DNA from: Cyanophora paradoxa CCMP329
Lineage: Eukaryota > Plantae > Glaucophyta
Length of the DNA stretch: 64,000 nt
NCBI GenBank assembly: GCA_004431415.1
Contig: QPMI01000553.1
Location: forward strand, 291,441-355,440
Direction of reading: 5' to 3'
Below are positions 14,289-23,617 of this stretch, one piece after another; position 1 is the stretch's first letter; every line of letters begins with the position of its first letter. The translations under genes and the position numbers were made by a program. The notes below the pieces were generated by a model. It ran no database searches. It saw only the letters and a program-made list of their open reading frames with translations, and was not told the origin of the DNA.

Positions 14289-14999
14289 GCGGGCATCTGC
14301 GCGCTGATAGCTCAGAGATAGTTGCGAGAGCCGCCCGGCCGCGCCGCCGGCTCACCTGGCCATGGCCCGAAGAGCGAGCGAGGCCCGCCGGACGAGCCCC
14401 GAGCTTTCGATCCGCTTCGGCGCCCTGCGGGCTGCGGGCGCGCGCCACGGAGGGCGTCTGCGAGCGGATATCTCAGAGATAGTTGCTAGAGCCGTCCGGC
14501 CGTGCAGCCAGCTCACCTGGCCCGAAGAGCGAGGCCCGCCGGAAGGACCCCGAGCTTTCGGTGCGCTTGGGCGCTCTGCGGACTCCGAGCGCGCGCTACG
14601 GAGGACATCTGCGCGCTGATAGATCAGAGATCGTTGCGATAGCCTTCCGGCCGCGCCGCTGGCTCACCTGGCCCAAAGAGCGAGGCCCGCCGGACGAGCC
14701 CCGAGCTCTCGATCCGCTTGGGCGCCCTGCGGGCTGCGAGCGCGCGCTACGGAGGGCATCTGCGGGTGGATATCTAAGAGACCGTTGCGAGAGCCGCCCG
14801 GCTGCGCAGCCAGCTCACCTGGCCATGGCCCAAAGAGCGAGGCCCGTCGGATGAGCCCCGAGCTTTCGATGCGCTTGAGCGCCCTGCGGACTGCGGGCGC
14901 GCGCTGCGAAGGGCAACTGCGGGCGGATATCTCAGAGATCGACGCGAGAGCCATTCGGCCGCGCCGCCGGCTCACCTGGCTCAAAGAGCGAGGCCCGCC
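14289..14999. repeat. Degenerate tandem satellite, ~151-161-bp unit, about 5 copies
   Basis: GCTCACCTGG recurs at ~14350, 14511, 14662, 14813 and 14970, each followed by ..AAGAGCGAG..GGCCCG; the first four continue with CCCCGAGCT. Confidence 0.85.
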
Positions 15000-16019
15000 G
15001 TCTGTGAAGGAACCCGTGAGACTTCAAGTGAACGTGCCGGGCGGGGCGAGCGCACCATGCACGATGTGAAGAAGACAGTCTTAAGTGAGCACTTGCCGTC
15101 CGGGGGGATTGATAGCCCCAGGCAGGGCGAGCTTTTTCAGTTCGCCTGAATCGGACGTCCCACTGCGGCTAGCGCGGTCAGGGCGGCCAGCGCAGAGCGA
15201 TCCAAGCAATAGCGTACAGCGATCTTCAAGGAGCTGATCGTCTATCCAGGCCGGCCAGTGAGCCAGAGGCGCACGATGGGAGTGTTCAAGCTCTGCGCGG
15301 TCCGTGAACGCGGCGCAGGACCGGCAGCGGAGCGAGAGGAATGAGCGGATCGGGAGGAATGAACGATGTTGCGAGCCGCGGTGCGGGCGCGATGTCAGCC
15401 GCGGGCGCAGAGCTCGAGGAATTCACCTGAAGGCGCTCTCTTCCGACCGGCGCCCGGCCCCGAAAGGAAACAGAACTGTGCTGCTGCCTCGCGAATGCGT
15501 CTGCTGTGCGCTGCAGCTGCAGACTGCGCTTTACGAGCAGCTGTGGGCCCCCGTTGCGTATACCCCCCGCGGGTTTTTTTGGATCCGCGGTTCGAACGCG
15601 GCCCGAATTCGAATGCCAGCGCGAGTTAAGGCCTCGCGCGCGGTCGGGAGTTGAAAAACGCATGCGCGAGCATTTTCGGGTGCCCGGCGGCGCGCTCCGG
15701 CGACATGCATGGACTTGCATATGCACGATGTATGTCCCCGTTCTCGGCTGCCGGGCGAGCTACGGGCTCGCCGCGAGCTCGAGCGCGTAGAGGAGGCCGT
15801 TCCCGGTTGTCTCCAACTCGTTCCGGCGGGCAATCCCGGTCGTGGCCGCAGGGAAACGGATTTGACGAGGCGGCATATGAAGGGGTATATACGAGGGCCA
15901 TCAATGGGCCAAACGCGAAAAGTCAACTCCGAGAGCTCGAGACTCGGAAGTGACGCTTGGATTGCGGAGGTTCTTATAACCGCCGCAACAGCTGTGGGGG
16001 TACCCCTTCCGAGGCTGGC

Positions 16020-16127
16020 GATCGCGGCGATCACGAGCCGATCGCGACCCTGGTGATCGCGACTTTCTCCCGATCGCGACCCTTTTCGATCGCGATTTCG
16101 AGATCGGGGGCATTTCTGCGATCGCGA
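16020..16127. repeat. GATCGCGA motif cluster with ~16-bp spacing near the putative left end
   Basis: Perfect copies at 16040, 16055, 16072, 16088 and 16120; variants at 16020, 16029 and 16102. Confidence 0.85.
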
Positions 16128-16256
16128 GAAAGGAAAAATCGGAAAAGGCCGAAAAGTGCGTTTTTCACGCGTGAAATCGACCCAAAACGAGGGTTCGAAT
16201 CCCGGGGCCGGATTTGGACTTGGGCAAAATCTCGGGCTGAAATGGGAGAAAAATGC

Positions 16257-16300
16257 GACTTGGGACTTGGGACTTGGGACTTGGGACTTGGGACTTGGGA
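16257..16300 (+). repeat. (TGGGACT)5 heptamer array
   Basis: Read directly; followed by GGGAAGAG. Confidence 0.95.
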
Positions 16301-16357
16301 AGAGTCGGAGTCAGAGTCTGGACTCAAAAGCGGGGAAATTTTCGGAAGGGGAGAAAA

Positions 16358-16777
16358 ATGGCAGACGAGCCCTATTACGATTTCCCCTTTGAGTTGAATA
16401 TGGCATTCGAGAGGTTGCACGAGTTCTGGCGTTGGCACATCACAGGACATGACATCCCCGGAATAAGACCAGTGCCCAACACACAGGGCGTCCTCGAAAT
16501 TGTCCGTCAATATCCGCGTCGATTCAATGAATGGATTGAGTTCCACGCGACGAACCGTTTCCAAAGTCTCCCCGAGGCCATACGCGAAAATTTCGTGAGG
16601 CTGGTGGGGCCAGGCTACGACAACCCTAACAATCATCGACACGTACCACATGAAGACAGGGCTATTGTTCGACGGGGACGGCGCATGCGACATCGCAGGG
16701 AGGCACGGAACGAGCGGACAGCCCTTCGCACCGGGGTAGGGCTCATCGAGAGGGAGGGGTACAGCCCCGGGATGTAG
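16358..16777 (+). CDS. Hypothetical viral protein
   Basis: ATG at 16358 (MADEPYYDFP...), open to a stop at 16777. Confidence 0.55.
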   Translation: MADEPYYDFPFELNMAFERLHEFWRWHITGHDIPGIRPVPNTQGVLEIVRQYPRRFNEWIEFHATNRFQSLPEAIRENFVRLVGPGYDNPNNHRHVPHEDRAIVRRGRRMRHRREARNERTALRTGVGLIEREGYSPGM

Positions 16778-17223
16778 GGTACACCCAACCCCGAGACTCG
16801 ACCTTCGGCGGACGCACTCGGGCGATTTCCGTCAGGCCGGCTCAGCGGGGTAGGGGGGCTTCGGTCCAACTTTTTTGCGGTCCAGTTTGCAGCAAAACAG
16901 GGGGGATAAGGGACTTTTTCCGTGAGATTTCCTTCGGCCCAACATTTTTTTAGGTCCAGTTTGCACCAAAGGAAGGGGGGAGAAACGTAAGAAAAGGCCA
17001 AATTTGGCTTTTTTCAGGCCAGTTCGCAACGTTTCTGCTGCAAACTAGCCCAGGAAAAAATTCGCACACAAAACCGCGGTCCGCCGCCATTTTGCCTCAC
17101 TCTTGAAACGGGTTCGCCGCCTTCTCTCAGCCCAAGGAAACCCTGCCTCTCCGAATTTTCACAAGTCCGCTCTCTCAGTCACCTCACGTTTTGCCTTTGC
17201 TGAACTCTTTTCCCTTTGCGCAG

Positions 17224-18288
17224 ATGTCGACTCCCGCTGAGCTTGCCGAGGACCTCGCCACTGTCCAAGCGACGTGGGCTAACTCCCGCGTTGGGGCTAC
17301 CCCTGAGATGGATCAACGCGCCAAGGCTCTGGGGTACATGTACGACTACTACATCGACATACACGGCTACCCCCGCGTCAACCTTTGTCTCATGCCTGCC
17401 CACGCGGCCAAGCTCAAGCGAGCCAAGGCCAAGCAACCCAAGCCCGAGCCCCCCGTCGACGTGCCCCCCGTCCCCGGCTGGGTCAAGACCGCCAACGGCT
17501 GGGGCGACCCCAAGCTTTTCGCCGAGTCTGCTGCCGAGACGCTCGCCTGGGCCTACCCCCCTCAAGTCTTCACGAATTACCCCCCTCCGTCATCGTCGTC
17601 ATCTGCCCCTCAGCCCGTCGCCGAGCCCGCCCCTCAGCCCGCCGATGACGCCAAGTCCGAGGCCTCTGACGCCGAGTCTGACATCAACGACTTCATCGAC
17701 TTTGACGTGCCGATTCCATACGACTCTGAGTCGTCTTCTGACTCTGAAGGCGACAACGAAAACCCGACTCGCAAGCGCCGCATTATCAAGACCAAGTCAA
17801 TCGTCAAGAAGAAGTTCATGGAGACTACGTCATTCACCGACAACTCCGAGCGCGTCAAGGACCCCGCCAAGGAAAACGCCAAGGACTTGAAGCTCGGCGC
17901 TGGCATTGCCCGTTCTCGTGTGACGTCACACTACACCGAGCGCCTGACTCAGCACGTCAAGACCATTGAGAAGCGCATCATCGCCAAGCGCGAAATGGCC
18001 GAGCTGCGGCGCAAGCTGCGTCACGAGCGCCTTCTTCGTCGCGAGATGACGTTGGCCAAGATCGCCGAGCGCAAGCAGAAGGAGGCAGCCGAGCTCAAGG
18101 CGCGCATCGAGGCTCAGCGGCAGCGCGAGGCAGAGGCGGCAGCGGCCTTGGCGGCGCAGCGCGAGCAGGAGCGGCAGGACTTAGTGCAGGCAGCGCAGGC
18201 CCTTCCCCGCATTCCCCTTAAGTCGGCGCCCGAGGGCCTCATTGAGTTGGTTTCCGATGACGATGACTCTGACTTTGAGATGCTGTAA
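17224..18288 (+). CDS. Hypothetical protein with an acidic tract and C-terminal coiled coil
   Basis: Long ORF with strong codon bias and an E/K/R/A-rich C-terminus. Confidence 0.75.
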   Translation: MSTPAELAEDLATVQATWANSRVGATPEMDQRAKALGYMYDYYIDIHGYPRVNLCLMPAHAAKLKRAKAKQPKPEPPVDVPPVPGWVKTANGWGDPKLFAESAAETLAWAYPPQVFTNYPPPSSSSSAPQPVAEPAPQPADDAKSEASDAESDINDFIDFDVPIPYDSESSSDSEGDNENPTRKRRIIKTKSIVKKKFMETTSFTDNSERVKDPAKENAKDLKLGAGIARSRVTSHYTERLTQHVKTIEKRIIAKREMAELRRKLRHERLLRREMTLAKIAERKQKEAAELKARIEAQRQREAEAAAALAAQREQERQDLVQAAQALPRIPLKSAPEGLIELVSDDDDSDFEML

Positions 18289-18361
18289 ATAGTATTGCGT
18301 CATTCCATTGTACATACTTGTAAAAATTGGCCGACTATTCAGTTATGACTTGGCGCGATCC

Positions 18362-18894
18362 TGGGACTTGGGACTTGGGACTTGGGACTTGGGACTTGGG
18401 ACTTGGGACTTGGGACTTGGGAAGAGTTAGACTCAGGGTCTGGGCCCAGACTTTCTCCGGATCTGAGAGTTTGCTGCACCAAGTCCCTAACCACCGGGCA
18501 GACTTAGAAAGGGGTACGGAATTCTGGATACGACGTTTCTGGTGACATTCCAGGTGAGATTTCAAGAGAGGTAGAGTCTGAACTGTCGTACTACTTGTAG
18601 CATGATACTGGACATGAAAGCTCACGAGAGTGTGCAACCGAAAAAGGGTGTGAAGAGGGGTAGGAGTATTCGTGCGAGATGTCGAGAGAAGGAGGGTACG
18701 AGATGGGATACGAGTAAAAAAGACTACGAGTAAAAAAGAGTACGAGGGGTGGTAGGAGTAAAAAAGTCGGTAGAAAAACTCACCTGACTTGTCTGACAAA
18801 TTTCTGATCCTGGAGAAAGTCTGGGTCGGGACCTGGGTTTCAACTCTTCCCAAGTCCCAAGTCCCAAGTCCCAAGTCCCAAGTCCCAAGTCCCA
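18362..18894. repeat. Inverted pair of heptamer arrays: (TGGGACT)8 and (AGTCCCA)6 with imperfect inverted flanks
   Basis: Arrays at 18362-18417 and 18853-18894. The flank GGGAAGAGTT...CCCAGACTTTCTCC..GATC is mirrored on the other side. Confidence 0.9.
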
Positions 18895-18917
18895 GGTTTT
18901 TCTGAACCTAGGGCAAA

Positions 18918-19235
18918 ATGGCCCTGCTCCGGTGCACCGACTCGCAAGACGTCGCCTACAACGTCCTGGTCAACTCGGACGTACCCCCGAGTGCCTTGGA
19001 GTTTCCCTGGAGAGTGGACAGGGACAGGGTGAGCAAGACGTTTGGAGGGCGCAAGCACTACCTCTCCCAACTGATCCTCGGGAAGTCGCCACGTGGACGC
19101 TACGTGGAACACATCAACGGCAACCCGCTGGACTACAGGAGGGAGAACCTGCGCTGGGCATCAATGTCGGATATTCGCAAGAAGAGGAGGGGTACGCCAA
19201 TTTACAGGAGAAGAGCGAGGAGATTCGGGAGATGA
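18918..19235 (+). CDS. HNH endonuclease-like protein
   Basis: VEHINGNPLDYRRENLR resembles the HNH_3-type motif DHING--DNR--NL. Confidence 0.75.
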   Translation: MALLRCTDSQDVAYNVLVNSDVPPSALEFPWRVDRDRVSKTFGGRKHYLSQLILGKSPRGRYVEHINGNPLDYRRENLRWASMSDIRKKRRGTPIYRRRARRFGR

Positions 19236-19271
19236 TGGAGGCGGCACAGGCGCTAATGCAGCTTAGCCAGT

Positions 19272-20084
19272 CTAGACGCTAGTGGTGTGAATCTTGGTGT
19301 CGTACTCGCGACCGACCGTTTCCCAGGCCACGTAAACTTCGGCTCCGGCGCCTGGCGCTGTCGAGTTGGTAGTCGCAGTCGTGTAGTCCGCCTCTGCCTC
19401 AATTAGTTCGGCCATGAGGGTAGAGCCCACGACCATTCCAGAGGTAGGCATTCCGGCGATGTTGTTGTACAATTTGAAAGTGAATTTCGTGAAGAGGAGC
19501 CGGGGCCAGACCTGGGTACGGGGATTCGAGGCGCCGTATGAATAATCGGTACCCGAGGCGCCGCCCGTGGTGGCATTCGTCATCATCTCCTTTGCGGTCA
19601 TCTTCCAGAGGTTGTACATCTCAAAGGGAACGGCCTGCGTGGTCTTGTGTGTGGCATCGATGAGGGCGCCATCTAAATGCGTTTTGATGTTCGGATTCGC
19701 ACCATTCACAAATTTGCGAGTGAGGGCGGTGTTAGCGGTGAACTTGAGTTCGAGCACGCGAATGGCGGGCCGATCAGGCACAGAGGGCTCTATCTTTTTC
19801 AGGAGGCCCGAGAGCCAGAGCGCCTCCGCCTCATCCGCGCTCACGCCCGAGTCGATGTCAAAGTACACGTACACGGAGCAGGAGGCGGGATTCTCGAAAT
19901 CGTTGGAGGTGACGCGCAACATGACGGGATTCTGGACCCTCACGGTGAGCGGGGTGGCGTAGTTTCCGTCCCACTCCACCTTGTCCGTCCCTGCGTTGGC
20001 CACGTTCCCAGCGTTGCCGTAGAAATCGGGGACGATCGAGCCGGCAGACACGGTCTTCACGATGGTGGCCGAGGTGGTCGGCAT
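19272..20084 (-). CDS. Hypothetical virion protein, paralog of 20108-20788
   Basis: Shares QNPV, SGL(L/V)KK, LE(L/V)KF and NPR..PR..FT.F.F motifs with the neighbouring ORF. Confidence 0.7.
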   Translation of the reverse strand: MPTTSATIVKTVSAGSIVPDFYGNAGNVANAGTDKVEWDGNYATPLTVRVQNPVMLRVTSNDFENPASCSVYVYFDIDSGVSADEAEALWLSGLLKKIEPSVPDRPAIRVLELKFTANTALTRKFVNGANPNIKTHLDGALIDATHKTTQAVPFEMYNLWKMTAKEMMTNATTGGASGTDYSYGASNPRTQVWPRLLFTKFTFKLYNNIAGMPTSGMVVGSTLMAELIEAEADYTTATTNSTAPGAGAEVYVAWETVGREYDTKIHTTSV

Positions 20085-20107
20085 TTTGCGACCTCAAATG
20101 AGAAAGA

Positions 20108-20788
20108 TTATCCGTGAAAGAGGGTGATGTCGCCACCGATGTTCATGACGCGGGCCCCAGGCACAGAGTCCGCGTCGGTGCCGTACGCGTAGGAAATCGA
20201 GCACTCGCGCAGCTCCGCGCAGAGGCTGGCGCCCGTGCTGAAGTGGGGCTGGTCGGCGGCGTAGGAGAGGGGGAAGACCTGGAACCTGAAAAAGGTGAAG
20301 GGGAAGCGGGGTAGAGTCGAGCCGCGTGGGTTGCCCCCCGTGTAGAGGGCCCCCAGGGTCGCGGGACTTGGATTGAATTTCGTGAAGAGCACGTCGCCCT
20401 TGAGCGTACCCCTCATCTGGTAAGTTCCCGTACCCGGAAGATTCGAAGAACTGGGGTACCGGTTCACGGTGGGGCCGTACCCCGTCTCCCTGAACTTGAC
20501 CTCGAGACAGCGCAAGACGTTGGCAGTGGCCGTGGCAGGTGCCACCTTTTTCACGAGTCCTGATTCGTGCAGCAGCTCGATTACCTCTGCGCTGAGGCTC
20601 AGAGGGTCGAAGAAGAGCTGATAGGAGTAAATCTTGGGCGTGGCATAGGCGTTCTGAACGGCCTGAATCACGACGGGATTCTGCAGGAAGACGTCCACGT
20701 AGCTGCCAGAGGAGATGCGTGCGAAATCCTTGGCGTTGGTACCAACATCCAGATCACCTTTGAGGGTCTGGTACCAGTTGGAAGTCAT
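20108..20788 (-). CDS. Hypothetical virion protein, paralog of 19272-20084
   Basis: Shares the same QNPV, SGL(L/V)KK, LE(L/V)KF and NPR motifs with 19272-20084. Confidence 0.7.
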   Translation of the reverse strand: MTSNWYQTLKGDLDVGTNAKDFARISSGSYVDVFLQNPVVIQAVQNAYATPKIYSYQLFFDPLSLSAEVIELLHESGLVKKVAPATATANVLRCLEVKFRETGYGPTVNRYPSSSNLPGTGTYQMRGTLKGDVLFTKFNPSPATLGALYTGGNPRGSTLPRFPFTFFRFQVFPLSYAADQPHFSTGASLCAELRECSISYAYGTDADSVPGARVMNIGGDITLFHG

Positions 20789-20825
20789 TTACACCGGGGC
20801 AGATATTTTTTCGGACTTGGGGGAA

Positions 20826-21155
20826 ATGAGGAGGGTGAAGCGCATTGTGTTGATGAGGCGGAGAGGGCCACGTCCCCTTGGACCCCCACAGAACGTGTCG
20901 GTTACGCGCGTGCCTGGTCAGTTTGCGGCTTTGATTGTGTGGTCCCCTGCCGCTGAAGCGGAAGGCTATGGTGTGAGTCGCACGGTTGGAAGTATAACGG
21001 GCACCCCTATCATTTTCAGTAATGTCACTTCACCATTCACGAACTCCAACCTACTCCCTGGTCGCCTCTACCTCTACACGGTCTTCTCCTACCGGGATCT
21101 GACCGACTCGGGGGGGCATATGAAGATCGCGGTGCCCCCATTGTCAGTATCATGA
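20826..21155 (+). CDS. Single FN3-like domain protein
   Basis: PPQNVSV..IVWSP....GYGV....L.PGRLYLYTV pattern. Confidence 0.55.
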   Translation: MRRVKRIVLMRRRGPRPLGPPQNVSVTRVPGQFAALIVWSPAAEAEGYGVSRTVGSITGTPIIFSNVTSPFTNSNLLPGRLYLYTVFSYRDLTDSGGHMKIAVPPLSVS

Positions 21156-22738
21156 TGCCCACGTCGCTCACATCCTCCACCTCCCAAACCTACGGCGATT
21201 TCATTGCGGGGGGAGGCCCCACATCGCAGTCCGTACCCCTCCCCACTGTGGTTGTCACCATCAACTGGGAGGCCTTCGTGGACCCCGTCGACGAGATTCG
21301 CATTTACAGGGATGGTGCATTTAACGGCATCGCAAACAATGCGCTATCGACCTCGTACACGGACGACAGCAACTCCCTCGTGCGCGGCACGCAGTATTCC
21401 TACCAGGTGGCACCCGTCGTGGGCGGCGTCGAGTACGAAAAGTCCGACCCGATATTGGCCTGGACGGTACCGAACGCGCCCACGAACCTGATTGCGAGCG
21501 CGCCCAACGACCAGCAGCAGCCTGTGAGCCTCACCTGGACGGCGTCCATGGGAGCGACGGGGTACAAGATCTACAGGGGCGGGGCCTACCTCGCAACCTC
21601 CGCGACCAACTCTTACAGCGATGCGACCACGATCTGGGGTACAGGGTACGAGTTCCAGATCTCCGCGACGAACTCAGGGGGCGAAGGGCCAAAGGGCACG
21701 ACCGTGTACGTCACCACGGACCCGGGGGCGCCCACAGGGCTCACTGCAACTCCGACGGAGGGGGCAGCGCAGCCCGTGGTGCTCGCGTGGTCCGCGCCGG
21801 CGACGGGCGTCACCGTCTCCTACAACATCTACAGAGACGGCGTTTTCCTCGCGAGCGACACCAGCAGCCCTTACTCGGATACCACAACCGCTTACGGTGC
21901 AACTTACACCTACACCGTCAAGGGCGTCAACCAGATCGGAGAGGAGGGCCCCCCCTCGGGGAGCAGCAGCGTGGCGCCGTTCTCCGTTGCCTCCCAGTTC
22001 GGTACGGATCTGTTGCAGCATTTCGATGCCTCATCCCTATCGCTTGCGAACGGCGCCACCGTCGACAGCTGGCAGAACCTCGCGAACACCGCGGAGTCCG
22101 CAACGCAGACAATTGTTGCGAACCGCCCCACTTTTGTTGCAAACGCCATCAACGGCAAGCCGGCGCTGCGCTTCACCGCGGCTTCCAGCCAGTGGCTCGA
22201 CTTTTCGGCACACTTGTCGCGTTTCAACAACGTCGCTTACCCGAACGGGTTCCTGGTCGCACTGGTCGTCAAGGCCGTCAGTACTGCAGATCACTCAAAC
22301 TACTGGAACATCGGCGTGGTATCGAACGTATCCGGTATCATTTACGTGATGCACGACTTAAACGACGCAACTCGCGTGATCACGGGCGTTAGTCCCGATA
22401 ACATGACGTACAGTGCTTACACGACTGCATCCGCAACTACATCGACATCCTCCTACAGCGTCTACATCTGCCAGTTCACGAGCACATCACGTACATTCTG
22501 GTCTTCGCTGCAGGGTGGGGGGGCGACCGCGCTCCCAGGCGTGCTGAAGTACGGTACCCTGTTCCGGTTGCCCCTTGCACAGGCCCGCACATCCGGCTAC
22601 ATTGGGAGAAACATTCAATCTACTTGGGGTGGGTACCTCAACGCCTTTGTCGCTGAGATCATCATTGTCGGGCGCTCCGGTTCCGAAGCCGATATCAGCG
22701 GCTTGATGGGGCACCTCAAGGCCAAGTACGGCATTTAA
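21152..22738 (+). CDS. Three FN3 repeats plus a C-terminal LamG/lectin-like domain (adhesin or fibre)
   Basis: Repeated P-APT-L...V-L-W......Y-IYR-G......Y-D......Y-Y-V motif. The C-terminus (FDASSL..WQN...RPTF..NAINGKPALRF) is typical of viral LamG-like domains. Confidence 0.8.
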   Translation: MMPTSLTSSTSQTYGDFIAGGGPTSQSVPLPTVVVTINWEAFVDPVDEIRIYRDGAFNGIANNALSTSYTDDSNSLVRGTQYSYQVAPVVGGVEYEKSDPILAWTVPNAPTNLIASAPNDQQQPVSLTWTASMGATGYKIYRGGAYLATSATNSYSDATTIWGTGYEFQISATNSGGEGPKGTTVYVTTDPGAPTGLTATPTEGAAQPVVLAWSAPATGVTVSYNIYRDGVFLASDTSSPYSDTTTAYGATYTYTVKGVNQIGEEGPPSGSSSVAPFSVASQFGTDLLQHFDASSLSLANGATVDSWQNLANTAESATQTIVANRPTFVANAINGKPALRFTAASSQWLDFSAHLSRFNNVAYPNGFLVALVVKAVSTADHSNYWNIGVVSNVSGIIYVMHDLNDATRVITGVSPDNMTYSAYTTASATTSTSSYSVYICQFTSTSRTFWSSLQGGGATALPGVLKYGTLFRLPLAQARTSGYIGRNIQSTWGGYLNAFVAEIIIVGRSGSEADISGLMGHLKAKYGI

Positions 22739-23580
22739 GTCGTGTACATTAGCTCTCCAGTGAATACGGTGAAGCCGCTGCTTGTAATATCAAATCCGCC
22801 GCCGAGGTAATTACCGCCCCAGGAGTAAAGATCGATGTACTGGTCTTTTGCTATGTTACACATGAACGTAAATGCAAGGTTACGGTAATCACCGGCTTCG
22901 TTTGTGTACCCCCAGGGTTTCGCGCCATCCACGCCTTCCGATCCATTTCTCCGCAGCGTGACGGAAAGGCCCCCTGCGGCAGCACTGGTTGCCGACAGCG
23001 TAAATTTGTACACCCCGCTCACGGGCGCCGTGAAGGTACCCTCGGTCAAATTGAAGCCTCCCGTGTTGATCCACGACCACCCCCACGGTTTTATGACCCC
23101 TTTGGCCGCTGGCGTTACAAACGTAGTGCTCAGACCCACGCAGAAAGCCGGTTTCGGGTGCTTCAGGTACCCCGTAATTGTTGCGGCTCCGGCGATTGTC
23201 GTGTCACCGTTAACCCGCAGCCCGCCCACCACGTCCGCCCCTCCCCCCTGCACGTAGAGCGCCGCATTCCCCTCCCCGTCGGCAGTACCGTTAAAGGTCA
23301 GGGCGTTTGTGGTGTGACCACTCCCGTCCCAGGAGCCGTTCGTGACGGTGAGCCTCTGCGTCTTCACGCGCCCCGGCACGGCCGATCCGCCCTCCCGTGT
23401 GCGCATCTTATCGCAGCGCAGCTCGCCGACGCGGACGAGGTCGGCCTCGGAGAAGGGAATGGCCGTGGCGTTGTAGGGGGCCTCGGTGGCCTGGTTTCCG
23501 AGGGTGGTCTCCTTAATCGTGTGATCGCCCTTGTGATTCACGCTCGCAGCATAGGTGAATAGAGGGACGGCAACGGACAT
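22735..23580 (-). CDS. Fibre-like protein with a C-terminal C1q domain
   Basis: PAFCV...NTGGFNLTEGTFTAPVSGVYKF...FTVFTGEL is a C1q signature. Confidence 0.8.
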   Translation of the reverse strand: MSVAVPLFTYAASVNHKGDHTIKETTLGNQATEAPYNATAIPFSEADLVRVGELRCDKMRTREGGSAVPGRVKTQRLTVTNGSWDGSGHTTNALTFNGTADGEGNAALYVQGGGADVVGGLRVNGDTTIAGAATITGYLKHPKPAFCVGLSTTFVTPAAKGVIKPWGWSWINTGGFNLTEGTFTAPVSGVYKFTLSATSAAAGGLSVTLRRNGSEGVDGAKPWGYTNEAGDYRNLAFTFMCNIAKDQYIDLYSWGGNYLGGGFDITSSGFTVFTGELMYTT

Positions 23581-23617
23581 TTGTCGTTAATCAGAAAAAA
23601 CCTTCTACCGTGTTATA

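Noticed and set aside
14289-14999. CRISPR array or coding repeats in the satellite
   Set aside because: The whole unit repeats degenerately; the ORFs are GC-driven artefacts.
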